A stretch of DNA of 63,361 nt, counting the filler, from Octopus bimaculoides (lineage: Eukaryota), in the NCBI RefSeq assembly GCF_001194135.2. It is 6 parts of 6 records of this genome, joined end to end, with 100 filler letters (N's around TTAATTAATTAA, not from the genome) between each part and the next. Parts side by side here need not be neighbours in the genome. Positions count along the whole stretch, not along the records: positions 7,486 to 34,442 come from NC_068991.1; positions 34,543 to 39,966 come from NC_069007.1; 4 more parts are not named here. One strand, given 5' to 3'. Position numbers and translations under genes: made by a program. Below the pieces are notes generated by a model. That model saw nothing but the letters and a program-made list of their open reading frames with translations. It was not told the origin of the DNA and did not search any database. Of the stretch, positions 23,816 to 37,924 are shown in pieces (within the stretch, counting starts at the first letter, position 1; each line of letters begins with the position of its first letter).

Positions 23816-25515
23816 AAGCAGTCCATCCGTCCATTTTCCATAAAATCTTCTAGACCAAGTTAGATAAATATATTACTGAGGCGATGTTTTGTGGCCTGAT
23901 CCCCTTCCTCTTACTAACCTTTACTTAAAACATGCCTGGTTCTTATTTTATCAACCTGAAAGAAATTTTAAAAAAAACAATTCGGTCCTTGCAAAATTTC
24001 AGCTCCTAGTCACAGTTAAATATTGCATGGCATTTTTACTTTACCTTCAGTTTTAGGTTCCATTCCTTTCTGCTTTGTGTCTTCAATAATCATATTACTT
24101 GTGCAATTTGTTTCTTCTCTTGTAGCAGTGCCATAGTTGGAAGCATTCTTCAATTATATAGGGCTTTTTTTATGTCTACAGCAGTCGTCTATTCTTCTGC
24201 ACTGTACATACTTTAAGTTTGGTGAACTACTGAACTTGTAAAGTGCATGCCAAAGTTTGGTATCTTTATGAAGGATATTGAAATGAAAGCAATTGTATAG
24301 ACATTGAAATTTCATTTAGTAGGCTGGCACGAAAACATTCTCTATCGGATGTAAACAGCAATGGAAAAATACTGATCAAGCATTGATTGAGCAACAAGTG
24401 AGATAAATAAACACATACATAAAATCCATTGCCAGTTCGAAGCTGTCTCTTCTGGCCATTCGCCACACCACCGTATGTCTGTACTAATAATGAAAGCAAC
24501 TGCCAGAGCATGTCCGTTAACAAAAATGAAAAAAAGTTTAAAATTGTAAATGCCTTATTAAAAAACAAAAACAAACAAATAGAAAACGACAAACAACACA
24601 TGTACCAGACAATCTCAGCTGATAATTCCTTGCATGATGTTGTGTATCAGTGCAATGTTGTAGATGCTGCTAATTTAATACTTGTTCTGAGGAAGTTGGT
24701 CCTGTAATGCGCTGTTGTGAATTCAATTAACTACTTTGGCATCAACTCAATGAAGTGTTATTCTTTTCTTCATCAAAATTAACCTGCAGCTAGAATTTGA
24801 TGAAATATTAATGTCGTGTATGATTATTTTCATCTCATAAACAAAATAAACTGCATGCCTGTGCATGTTGTACAGCTACAGTTGTGCATATGTGTGTGCA
24901 TACATGCATATTTTGTATGACGCTTCATGAAGTATGGTGCCCAAAAGTTAGTTTTTCTTGGAGTGATACAAAGTCTAGACCTGATAATTCTAACATGAAA
25001 TTAAATATTTGTGTGTGTGTGTCTATTAATCACAATTTTATCATCATCATTGATTAATGTTTGCCTTCCATGCTGGCATGGGAGGAATGGTTTAACAGGA
25101 GCTGACCAGGCTGAAGCCTGCACCAGACTTCTGTGACTGTTTTAGCAGGAATTTTACAGCTGGATGCCCTTCCTAACACCAACCACTCAGCAGAGTGGAC
25201 TTGGTGTTTTTTACATGACACAAGCACAGGTGAGGTCAGTTTTGGCAAAGTTGAATGCCCTTCTGAACACCAACCACTTTACAGTGTGGACTGGATGCTT
25301 TTTAAGTGGCACCTGCACTGACAGGGTCACCAAGTACTTGCAAGACAAAAAAGCAAAAAGCTTAAATGAATTGCCTTCTTTGTACATTCAAAATTAATGT
25401 GACATATTTATTCCTATTGACTCCAGTTGTCCTCTCAGATCCTACAGTTGAATTTTAGAAAAAAAATTTTTCTTGATGTGTCCTACCAACATACACATAC
25501 ATTCACACACACACA

Positions 25516-25742
25516 CGGCGAGCTGGCAGAAACGTTAGCACGCCGGGCGAAATGCTTAGCGGTATTCCGTCTGCCGCTACGTTCTGAGTTCAAATTCTGC
25601 CGAGGTCGACTTTGCCTTTCATCCTTTCGGGGTCGATTAAATAAGTACCAGTTACGCACTGGGGTCGATATAATCGACTTAATCCGTTTGTCTGTCTTTG
25701 TTTGTCCCGTCTGTGTGTAGCCCCTTGTGGGTAGTAAAGAAA
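25516..25742 (+). mobile_element. SINE family B, full length
   Basis: ggcgagctggcagaaacgttagcacgccgggcg...gagttcaaattctgccgaggtcgactttgcctttcatcctttcggggtcg. Confidence 0.88.
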
Positions 25743-26056
25743 TAACACACGACAGGCTTCTTTCAGTTTCTGGCTTTCATTGGCCTTCGACATAGCAGGA
25801 AACACTTCTCCAAAGTACCCTGGTGTACAATCGAATCTGGAATGATGGAATTGGAGAACAAACTTCACAACCTCTCTGCTGTGTCTGCATTCAAAAAATA
25901 CTTTTAAAAAATTGCTGCAATTCTATTGGAGAGAAGAATGATGGTCTTGGCTTATTTTTAGAAGTTGTTTTGGGTTTTAATTATATGCCTTTGGTATATT
26001 ATACTCTTCTATTCATTGTAGCCATGTGGCTGTGGTCATGCTGTAGCACCACCATA

Positions 26057-26125
<69 letters not shown>

Positions 26126-26679
26126 TTATATATATATAAACCTTTTCTTGTTATATGTTTGAAGCTGTGAGCAGAGATAACTTGCAGGAAATTCTTTCTA
26201 TATATTTTGTTTTTATTCAGATGTTAGAGTTGAATTTGTAAACATTTAAACAGTAACTATATTTATAACAAGGCCTTGCTTTTAAGCTTGTAAGGAATAT
26301 GACAGTTGTTTGCCACCCAAGTTCTTTAACTTACCTGTTTTGAGAACGTACAGATGGCTTTTGTTTGAAAAGTATTTTGTTCTTGTCAGTAAACCTCACA
26401 GGAGAATAAAGAAAACAAAAAACATACTTCAGGGAGGATTTAATCATATCATGCCACTTATGAGAATAAAACAGGATACATTTCAAAACAAGCATTTTTA
26501 GCATTCTGCTTTTAAGGTGTGACTGGGTGGTTGAGAATCATAAGGTCTTGGGTTCAGTCCTATTATGTGGCACCTTAAGTGTTTTTACTCTATCTCCTGT
26601 AAGTAGATTTGGTAAATGAAAACTGAAAGAAGCCTTTTGTTTATGTATGAGTGCATATATATATATATTTCTGAGTACC

Positions 26680-26721
<42 letters not shown>

Positions 26722-26904
26722 ACATTTATCATCATTTAACACGTACATACATACATACATACACACACACATGTTGACAGACGCACGTGTGCATACATAT
26801 ATATGGTGGGCTTCTGCACAGTTTCACTGACAATACTGAACCTGCAGCCACATAGTTGCAAAGAAAACTTCTTAGCCACACAGCTATGCTTGTGGAGGGC
26901 TGTG

Positions 26905-27105
26905 TGTCGGAACTGTTAGCACGCTGGGTGAAATGCTTAGCAATATTTCGTCTGTCACTACATTCTGAGTTCAAATTCCACCAAGGTCGACTTTGCCTTT
27001 CAGCCTTTCAGGGTCGATAAATTAAGTACCAGTTACACACTGGAGTTGATGTAATGGACTTATCCCCTCCCCTAAAATTTCAGGCCTTGTGCCTTTAGTA
27101 GAAAC
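26905..27105 (+). mobile_element. SINE family B copy
   Basis: Same head and core, ending ggccttgtgcctttagtagaaa. Confidence 0.8.
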
Positions 27106-29399
27106 GATTATGTCAATGAAATGGATGAAAAGGGAATGTATTTTCTTTTAGGGTTTTAATTATTCTGTGAACTGTTATGCTTATCTATTCACATTGTTTT
27201 GAATTAATTATGCATTATCTTTAAGATTAATGACGTGATTGTACATTTTTAGAATGATATTGTAGAGTAGGCGTGAGAGGCCAGATCTGGCTGGTTTGAA
27301 CATAGAACAGGTATCATAATTCGGTTGGATATGGCTAGTTTAAATGCCAAGGGGTAAAAAGCTTGTGTATCATGAAGATTGATAGAAAATGAAAAAAGAA
27401 GTGAAACCAGAAAAACCTGCATTTGATTAGAGACAACATTAAGAAATCATTAATACGTACTCATGTATAAGAGTCAGCAATACTTTCTGTTTAAAAGCAT
27501 GTGTATTTTAAGAGAAAAACAAATCAAAAACGATTAATTTAGAAGCTAGAATTTAATTGGAAACAACATTAAAAAAAGAAAAAAAATATTAATTGTAAGA
27601 TGTAATGATGTATTATAGTCAGCAAAAATTATGGACTTATGTTTACAACTACAGCAGTACTAATAACGAAAACAAAATATTGTTAGTAACCAATATTTTG
27701 TTTTCATTTTGTTATTTCTTATAAAGAATTATGTTTTTATACATTTCTCATTTCTTCAGAATTGCACTGAGATTCTCCACTTTTACCAAATTATTTGAAT
27801 TGCTTTTAATGTTGAGTTGTTGTGAAGCACTCCCCAGTTCAGCGTTTATGATTCGTATCTGTGTTGTGCTTTGGATTTTGAAGTGATTCACCACATTTGT
27901 GATTTCATGGCTTTAACTTATTTTCCGTGTCTAATACTATAGGAGTCATTCTAATATGTTTTAAGAGACGCTTGAGAGAATTACTAAACGGTGTGATATA
28001 CTTTTGTGTGTAAGAGCGATAATTCTTTCCGGGTAATTTCAGTTCAGTAATAATTAAATGGAATAAAGAAGAGAAAAAAGTTTCATAAATGACTGCATAT
28101 AGCCACAGGTTATTTGCAGGTATGGCTGTGTGGTTAAGAATTTCACTGTCCAAAATCATAGTTAATATGGTATTCTTGCATTGAAAACAATACATTTTGA
28201 CCACGGGTTTGGCACAAAGAAGTTTGGTAGATTTTGTGTCTGAGACTCTATGAACTGCTTAGAATCATGTTGCCCGGAGTTTTGATAGAAACACAGGAAT
28301 AATGAGGATGGTGAATAATGAAGGTTATGATGTGGTTTAATTGGTTTTGTGCCAGAACAACAACAACAACAAAAGAACAATAATGTAAAATAAGGATTCC
28401 TATGGTGATGATGATAATAGGGAGCAAGAAGTAGAGGCATATTTGAGATATGGAGAAAAATGTCTTTAGAGTAAATTCAAGTGATTGATTTTAATTCTCT
28501 GTATTTGAGTGGAATGTGTTCTAAGGGGTGGTGCTTGGTTCAGTATGAGAAGGTTACTTAGGCAACCTAATTAATTCCAGGCAAAAAAAGTGGTTGGATA
28601 CTGAATAAGTCTTTGTTCAATGATGCTTTCGGTTACAGACAGATTTCCTTTGTGAAGAGAATATCGGTTGTCTATTATATTTTACTCTGTTATAACAAAG
28701 TGAATAGCCTGAAAAATGAGAAGATAGTGAAGCTTGTTATGAATTGCTGAGGGGAATTAAATTACGTGAGGGGCAGAGGGCTGGGGACTCTGAAGAGAGA
28801 AAAAAGGAAGTGGTAAGGATGATTTGTGAACATGAAAGAATTATGAGATTTATGTAAGAGAAGCTTTTAAATTGCCATTGTTAGGAATGATGATATACGA
28901 AGAAATATCTTTTTTTTTCCTCCCCATGACATCTCTATTTAGAGAAAATGTAAAATAACCATTGAAAAATCTCAACTTGTAATCTTTCCTTTTTTGCATT
29001 TTGATGTATTCTATTTGATGGATTAAATGCATCTTTTAAACACACACACACACACATTTATATAGCTAGTCAAGGAAATCTTTATGTGAGATGAAAGCAG
29101 TATTTATACTGACAAGTAGTATTTAATACCACCTAAACATAGGTGTTCCCTAGGAAGCGACAATACTGCTATTTTAACCCCAGGTGGATGCCTCTTCCAG
29201 CTGGTTATGCAGCTTATTACTTTTAGCCACAAGACCACCAGACAGTATGGTTTCAACCTCTTTATGGGTATCCTTAGTGATGGTTACACGTCTGCTAGAT
29301 ATAGCAGTGGTTCACTCCAGCTTGCAATATATATAGAAAAATAAGTGACATACAGTCACTGATCTTGCAGCAAGCAGACTAGCTTGGGAGGAAAATCTG

Positions 29400-30030
29400 T
29401 ATAAGATATGCGTACAGGCATTTCCTCTACATCCCACACTCAGCCGAGAAATCCTAGTCTTGTGGGCTTGAAGGTGCTGGGGCCATGTAAGAACACCTGT
29501 GCTGGTGCCACATAAAAGCGCCCATGCCAATGTCACATTTGAAGAATCCAGTACACTCTATAAATTGGTTGATGCTAGGAAGGGCATCCATCCCTAGAAA
29601 CCATGCCAAACATATAAATGGAACTCTCCAGCTGACCATCTCCTCTCAAACCATTGAACCCATACCAACGTGGAGAACAGATGTTAAATGATAATAGGCA
29701 ATGACGATATATACATATATCATCATCATCATCATCATCATTTAACGTCCATTTTCCATGCTGGTGTGGGTTGGACAGTTTGACTGAGGACTGGCAAGCC
29801 AGGAGGCTGCACCAGGCTCCAATCTGATTTGGCAATGTTTCTTCAGCTGTATGCCTTTCCTAATGCCAACCACTCTGAGAGTGTAGTGGGTGCTTTTTAC
29901 ATGCCACCAACGTGGGGGGCCAATTAGGCGGCACTGGCATCAACCATGCTTATATGGTGCTTTTTACGTGTCACTGGCATGGGAGTCAATCTGGTGCCAC
30001 TGGCATCGACCACAGTCAAATGATGCTTAT
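29400..30030. mobile_element. Two SINE family C copies tail to tail (+ about 29400-29695; - about 29719-30030)
   Basis: The + copy ends atgttaaatgataat and the - copy starts (atc)n-atttaacgtcc. The - copy has ~66-bp subrepeats at 29890, 29957 and 30022. Confidence 0.75.
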
Positions 30031-30032
30031 AG

Positions 30033-30188
30033 GTGCAGGCATGGCTCTGTGGTAAGAAGTTTGTTTCCCAACCACATGGTTCTAGGTTTAGTCCCACTGC
30101 ATGGTACTTTGAGCAAGTGTCTTCTACTATAGCCTCAGGCTGACCAAAGCCTTGTGAGTGGATTTGGTAGAAGGAAATTGAAAGAAGT
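30033..30188 (+). mobile_element. SINE family A, 5' part
   Basis: aggtgcaggcatggctctgtggtaag...agcaagtgtcttctactatagcctcaggctgaccaaagccttgtgagtggatttggtag. Confidence 0.85.
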
Positions 30189-31626
30189 GTGTCATATATA
30201 TGTACAACATTATATATACATGTTATTGTGATAATTGTGTATGTTTTATGTGATATCTTGATGAAGAGGTAATTCTTTTATTTTATCATAATGTTTAGTG
30301 TTATAGGGGTTGCTGTAGTCCCTAGCCTTTTAAGTTATCATGTGCTCATTACTTGTGTTGGTACCATGAAAAAATGCATCCCAGTCCACTCTGTAAAGTG
30401 GCTGGCATTAGCAAGGGCATTTAGTCATAGAAACTGTACCAAAGTAGACATTAGTACATAATGTGGTGCACCAACTCATCAGGTCCTGTGGAACCACCCA
30501 AACCTTGACAGCATGGAAATTAAATGTTAAACGATGATGATGATTAATTACTGCCAGTGCTTATTACTGTGGTAGTTCTCCTCTGTCTTTGGTAACAATT
30601 TCAATGATTTGAATACTTGTGTGGGTGTTCATTTATGCCAAAAATATATGTATATATATCAGTCTATCATATTGTGTTTATTTTTCAAAATTATTATCAT
30701 ACTGAATTCTAAGACATGATTTCGTATCTGCTCATAAATAATGCGTCATCAACAACTGCAGCAACAGCGACATCCTCCTCCTCATCATCATCAATATAAA
30801 GAACTAATATTCCATAAAGTTATTTCCATAGCTTTACTATAATTTGGTGTTATGTTTTTAATAACCACCTTCACAGATTAATAACGCTGTTCCTCTTGAC
30901 TATACTGCTTTATTCTTGATAGATATTTGTTTGATGGTTGTATTGTTTTGTTTTTCATTTTCCCTTGGTACTAGACAAATTAATTCAGAAGATATCAGCA
31001 TTGTTATCTAGATAGTAGCTGGTTAACTTTTGTTACAATGACTTTGAATATGGATTATTTTAGAATTGATGTTTGTTGGTTAGTCTTTGACAGTAATGAA
31101 CATTTGACAACATATTAAAAGTCTAGAATACATTCATAATGTTTATGAAATTTCCATTTAATAAATGGCTTACTATTGATACAAGATTCCCCTAGAGTCT
31201 TTCCGTCTTCATTGTGTTATACCAAGTAGAAAAGTTTTATTTCATTTAAAATGCTGAAATATACCATACTGGAAATGTAATACAATCATTACAACTAAAC
31301 ATGTTTAAGAAGACTAATGTATTTAATAGAAGACCGTTAATAATAATAATAAACACTAAATGAACCTATACGCATTATTTTGTTAGAAAACGGTGACAGA
31401 AAGAGTACTGTGTTACCGTGGGGAATGGAGTGTCCATTATTTTGCACAGAGTACCTTCTTCAAGGTAAAGATGGAAATAAAAGAAAGACAGCAACGTTTT
31501 ACATCATTGGTGTTTAAAAAACTGGTTGCAACAGAAGTAATGTGAGTTGGAGAGATAGACCTAAGATGCTTCGTTAGTTGACAAACATTGACCGGAGGGC
31601 CTTCTAGTGTGGGGAACACTTGTGGC

Positions 31627-32090
31627 TTAAATTTGGCTCACACAATCGATAACTAGTCCTTTTAACCTCGTCTGTAGAGACAGGTAGATCTTATCTGAGA
31701 ATTCATGGAGCCATTTTGTATTATACGCAAACATGTGTAGAGTTCTATGAAGTGATTTAAGATTCAATGGAGATAGCAGCTTTTGTAAAGAATCAGATCT
31801 TTGAGGATCTGACTGAATAAAACTATTCTCTATATAATAGCCAAGAACTTTTATAGAATTTGCCAAAATAACAGATTTGGCAACTATTTAGAGTCGAGTT
31901 TAAGTATATACAGCCATTCAAATCATGTTCATCTTTGTTCGGTTCCACCTATAGCAGTATCATCAAAGAAAGGGAAGATATTTTTCGATTTTACTTTCTT
32001 CCACAACAACTTTATTCTCTGGGAAACAGGTAAAAGCCATTTCTAACATCAAAAGGAACATGACAATCTTGATAAAGCCTTTTACATGCT
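31627..32090 (-). mobile_element. Gypsy reverse transcriptase fossil (frameshifted)
   Basis: Minus strand reads ACKRLYQDCHVPFDVRNG / IFPFFDDTAIGG / EHDLN / KSVILANSIKVLGYYIENSFIQSDPQR..LKSLHRTLHMFAY. These correspond to the Gypsy RT PFG..N, YxDD and KxLG motifs. Confidence 0.8.
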
Positions 32091-33633
32091 TGGAATGCAT
32101 GACAGAGGTTTTTAGTGATACGCACTAGTAAAGTCAAAGGTGGGGGAAAATTTGTTTGCTGAAAAGCAACAAAGAAAGAAAAGGCTTATTGATTATATCA
32201 TCAAGTTACCTGAGTGGGGATACCTCTCATTCACTGAACGAATCTATAGTCTAAGAGTAATCAATATGCAATTGCTTCTTGCGACAGTTAAGTTTATTCT
32301 TTGTTATTATCACCTGAACTTGCCTAGGTGACAGGCTTAAGAAACCTTACATGGAGAACAAGTGAGTGCTGGTAACGGTAAGTGCACCTGGCCATACAGT
32401 ACTGCTGCAGATATATATATATATATATACCTCCAGCCAACCTGTGCTGATGTTGGAAAAAGAGATGTGTGATATGAATAAACAAACCACCTGAACACAC
32501 AACACCACCACCACCACCATCAACATACCCCCCACCCCATCATCATCATCCTCGTTGTTTTAACGTCTATTTTTCCATGCTTGCATGAGTTAGAAGAGAC
32601 TATGTTGCACCTAGTGTTGATGACAATATCATAATTCATCCTTTCACATGTAAACTCACTAAGTGAGTTTACCTTATATGATGTTTAATGTCATTTCACA
32701 TTCATGTTGAATTATGCAGCAATCTTATGTTCTCTTCGTAGAACACTTGTAATGTATGTATTACCAGTCCTTTTGGTATAGTAGATTTTTTGCTATTCTT
32801 ATTTATGTCTCCTCACAGACGTGTATATTCCAAAAAGTCGCTTCTTAAATTTCGCACCTCTCTTCTTTAATAAACACTGAGTTAAACTTGCAAAGCTGTT
32901 TATTTTCTCCTTTCGATTTTTAATGTTTATTTTAGCGGGTTACCAAACTATCAGTTTGACCTCCTGGCTAAAATGATAATGACAAATTTTAAAGTTTGTT
33001 TGACATTTTATAAGTGTGAAAGAGATTAAGATTTCGATACACCGTATCAAAGGTTCCAACAAGAATAGGCAGAAAATCAGAATTTGTGACAAGAAGGCAA
33101 TTTCGACCGATTAGAATTCTGTTTACATAATCAGTTTGATTGGTCACCTTCCTCTGTTGGTTGAGTAAAGTATCATCCAAACTGATGTTTACTGGTAATT
33201 AAACTTATTTTACAACACTTGTGCGTATTTATCAGCTTTGTTTTTGCTGATAAGAATTATCAACAACTTTTCCTGTGATCATGATTTGAGAAGACATACA
33301 GAAGTGTGTTAAAGACCGGACATAATCTCTTGTGGCCAAGAAATGTAAAATAAAGTTTATTATAAACAACACAAACACTTTGTAATTAAATAGCTTTCAA
33401 TGTGATACCTGTTAAACAGAAATTATTTTTATTTAATGAAATCTAATCATAAGTAAGTGAAATTATGCTAAATACAACTAAATTGAAAGCCTTTCCCCCC
33501 TGGCCATATTGGCAATTCTGAAAACTTTTGGGTGCAAATTTTACACGAGTAGAAACTTTTTTTAACAAATTTTATCCTGAAAATCACCTGCGTAAATTAT
33601 GTAAGTGCACAAATTACATATGTTTTTACAGTA

Positions 33634-33759
33634 ATAAATGTATTCTTTAGTATTTCAAGATATTTTTATTTAATTTTGGTAAATATATCTGTGAAAATGA
33701 GTTGTCAGTGTTATTTTCATTTTTGTGTAACTTAGATGACAGTTTATTTACCCACTCTG
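33634..33759 (+). mobile_element. Right-end fragment of the same maT-like Tc1/mariner family as 18489-18882
   Basis: ttctttagtatttcaagatattt...aacttagatgacagtttatttacccactctg|TA aligns with 18765-18882. Confidence 0.75.
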
Positions 33760-34333
33760 TATATATATGTATGTATGCTGAAGAGCATAGGCTCAAAATG
33801 TAAAAGACTTTTTTCATTTTTCCCAAGTGTCAAACTGATACACTTGCTTGTTGTTCACACACCTGTCTTCATCTTTTGTCTTTCTATAAATTACAACTAA
33901 ATATATATATGTATATATATACACACTCATGCACGCGCACATACACACACACACATACACACACACACACACATTATCATCATCATCATCATTTAGCATT
34001 CATGTTCCATACTGATATGGGATGGATAGTTTGACTGCATCTGATGTGTCCAAAGATTTCATTGACCTCCTGTGTCTATCTTAACATGGTTTCTACAGCT
34101 GGATGCTCTTCCTAACACCAACCTCTTTATAACAAGGACTGAATGCTTTTTTGGTGCCACTTATGCTATTGAAATTTCCACACAGTTCATAGGACAACGA
34201 GCCCTGGAAGAGATGGTGATGAGGACAGCTTCATGCTAGGGGACGAAGAGATTATAATGATAGGAAGGGCTTACACATATTTCTATATCTATATCAATGT
34301 ATATATATATGCATACATACATATATGTATATT

Positions 34334-34373
<40 letters not shown>

Positions 34374-34397
34374 TATGTATATATATTTATATGTAAA

Positions 34398-34442
<45 letters not shown>

Positions 34443-35307
34443 NNNNNNNNNNNNNNNNNNNNNNNNNNNNNNNNNNNNNNNNNNNNTTAATTAATTAANN
34501 NNNNNNNNNNNNNNNNNNNNNNNNNNNNNNNNNNNNNNNNNNGTTGTTTGTCAGTTAAACAACATTCCGGAGACACACACAATTAACAGAATTCGGCCCC
34601 CAAACCAGGTAAACACACAAAAAAACATAATTTCTTCGACGCCTTGCTCTTAAAGAAAATCGTTGTTGTTGTTGTTGTTGTTGTTGTTGACTTTGCTGTT
34701 ATTGTTGACGTTGTTGCTGTTGATGTGTTGGGATGTTATTGTGTTGATGTTGTTGCTGTTGATGTGTTGGGCTCCAGTTGGGCCTCCATGTTTCAGTTCA
34801 CCCGTGACAACCCACACCTATTTGCATATAAGGACCTTGTGTGACTGAAAGCACAAGAACCTTAAAAGAACGGAACGCCAGTTGGTTGCAGAATAAATTC
34901 CCCCAGATGGTGCTGGCACGCATTTTCTAACTGAATAAACTGAAGCAACGTAAAATGAAGTACCTTGCTCAATGACACAAATCATCAACCGGTCTAGGAA
35001 TAGAACCCACGGTCCAACAATGGCGAGTGCAACACTCGAACCAATAGATTATCCGTCTTCACGATCACCAAACGCATTTTATGGAGTTCACTATGCAACA
35101 AGCATTCAAACCAGCTCCCTAGCTTCGCAACAACTTCATCCCTCACCCTCACTAATCGTGAAGACCCTCAAAAGGGTTTAAAACAGGCTAATAGAGTTAC
35201 TCATCTTCTTTCGTCTAAGCCATAAAAAATCGATTTCCTCTCTCTGATGAACCCCGTTATCCAGAAACAGTCATTAAAGTGATGCCATGTTATTTGTCAC
35301 TTGATAG

Positions 35308-35526
35308 GTTATTGCTAACGCCAGTCATGTGTGTCGGCCACCATCTACTCTAGAGTTCCACTATAGTCAGCAGTTCTTTATGCCATTCGACATCTACGCC
35401 ATAGAAGCTCGCAAAATGTGTTCCAAATGCTCAGGATCGGGTCGAGGGCGAGGATCCTATGATGACCCTTATATTTTAACTGTAGATTTTAGTGATCCCA
35501 GACAGTGGTATGGTTGCCAAGGAACT
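35308..35526 (+). CDS. ZP-domain protein, exon encoding the first part of ZP-N (phase 0 to 0)
   Basis: Acceptor cacttgatag| and donor ACT|gtaagt, 219 nt open. Translation: VIANASHVCRPPSTLEFHYSQQFFMPFDIYAIEARKMCSKCSGSGRGRGSYDDPYILTVDFSDPRQWYGCQGT. Cys spacing is ZP-N-like. Confidence 0.75.
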
Positions 35527-35608
35527 GTAAGTATTACTTTCTTATTCTTTCCCTTCTACTTTTCTGACATCTTCTTTTCTTCTTCTACGGCTTTTCTTTT
35601 TTTCCTTT

Positions 35609-35639
<31 letters not shown>

Positions 35640-35699
35640 TTGTCTCCACCTTCTCTTCCTCCTTTAATAATAGGAATGGTTATTATTATTATTATTATT

Positions 35700-35733
<34 letters not shown>

Positions 35734-36967
35734 TGGTTTGGTTCAGGTTCGATCTTATTCCTGGTAGGATTTATGTGGGTAGCGGGTTACTACTTGTAAC
35801 CTTGGCGGCGGCGGCGAGCTGGCAGAATCGTTAGCACGCCGAGCAAAATGCTTAGCAGTATTTCATCTGTCTTCATGTTCTGAGCTCACATTCTACCGAA
35901 ATCGACCTTGCCTTTCATCTTTTCGTGGTTGATAAAATAAGGATACCAGTTGGCCTAGTGTTTACCGTGTTGCACTCACAATCGCTAGACTGTGGTTTCA
36001 GTTCCTAGACCGGGTAATGGTTTTGTTCTTGAGCAAAACGCTTCATCATCTCAAGTTGCTCTGCAATGACTTTGTTACCTGGCGTATGNNNNNNNNNNNN
36101 NNNNNNNNNNNNNNNNNNNNNNNNNNNNNNNNNNNNNNNNNNNNNNNNNNNNNNNNNNNNNNNNNNNNNNNNNNNNNNNNNNNNNNNNNNNNNNNNNNNN
36201 NNNNNNNNNNNNNNNNNNNNNNNNNNNNNNNNNNNNNNNNNNNNNNNNNNNNNNNNNNNNNNNNNNNNNNNNNNNNNNNNNNNNNNNNNNNNNNNNNNNN
36301 NNNNNNNNNNNNNNNNNNNNNNNNNNNNNNNNNNNNNNNNNNNNNNNNNNNNNNNNNNNNNNNNNNNNNNNNNNNNNNNNNNNNNNNNNNNNNNNNNNNN
36401 NNNNNNNNNNNNNNNNNNNNNNNNNNNNNNNNNNNNNNNNNNNNNNNNNNNNNNNNNNNNNNNNNNNNNNNNNNNNNNNNNNNNNNNNNNNNNNNNNNNN
36501 NNNNNNNNNNNNNNNNNNNNNNNNNNNNNNNNNNNNNNNNNNNNNNNNNNNNNNNNNNNNNNNNNNNNNNNNNNNNNNNNNNNNNNNNNNNNNNNNNNNN
36601 NNNNNNNNNNNNNNNNNNNNNNNNNNNNNNNNNNNNNNNNNNNNNNNNNNNNNNNNNNNNNNNNNNNNNNNNNNNNNNNNNNNNNNNNNNNNNNNNNNNN
36701 NNNNNNNNNNNNNNNNNNNNNNNNNNNNNNNNNNNNNNNNNNNNNNNNNNNNNNNNNNNNNNNNNNNNNNNNNNNNNNNNNNNNNNNNNNNNNNNNNNNN
36801 NNNNNNNNNNNNNNNNNNNNNNNNNNNNNNNNNNNNNNNNNNNNNNNNNNNNNNNNNNNNNNNNNNNNNNNNNNNNNNNNNNNNNNNNNNNNNNNNNNNN
36901 NNNNNNNNNNNNNNNNNNNNNNNNNNNNNNNNNNNNNNNNNNNNNNNNNNNNNNNNNNNNNNNNNNN

Positions 36968-37014
<47 letters not shown>

Positions 37015-37434
37015 TAATTATATATATTGATACATATGTGTATATATACGTATGTGTGCGTACACATATATATATATATATACGTGCATATATATGCATA
37101 CGTACACATTCCTAAATACGCATATATATATATTTATATATATATATGTGTGTGTGTGAATGTATGTGTGTGTGTGTGTGCGTGTGCATAGATGTATATA
37201 AGCATGTGTGTGTATGGGTGTGTGTATGTATGCACAGTCTCTTTTAATTATTTGTAGTCTTCCAATAAACAAGTAGCTTGTTTCTAAAAAGACTTCTATG
37301 TATTCAGTAATCCTAGTTCTAAAGATGACTTAGAGCCGTTTATAACAAATGTGATTGAGTAGAGACCTTAAGAATCAGGTACCACAAATGTATTATTCCT
37401 CCATCGTCTAAATAGTATTATAGTTTGTGAATGA

Positions 37435-37505
<71 letters not shown>

Positions 37506-37924
37506 TGATGATGATGAACTCAGAAGTTATTTAGATATCTAATTATGATTATAGGACTCGTGATTACTCTTCATAGCTTAGAAACCACCTGCAAAACATT
37601 TGTCAACAGCTTCAACAATTTGTAGAAGTATTGACGGCAGACATATTGAATCTTAATAAACTCATGAAGACTTGTAAGAACTTAATAATTTACACCCACA
37701 CTTACACGCACACACACACTTGTGTATGTGTGTGCGCGTCTGTGTGTGCGCGTCTGTGTGTGCGCGTCTGTGTGTGCGCGTCTGTGTGTGCGCGTCTGTG
37801 TGTGAGTATACAGGAATGCATACTTCCGTATGTGTATGTGTAATGGCTTGTGTCCAAGCAAAACACTTCATTTCACGTTGTTCTGCAACCACTCTACCAC
37901 CTGACGAAGATACTTCTCTTTAGA

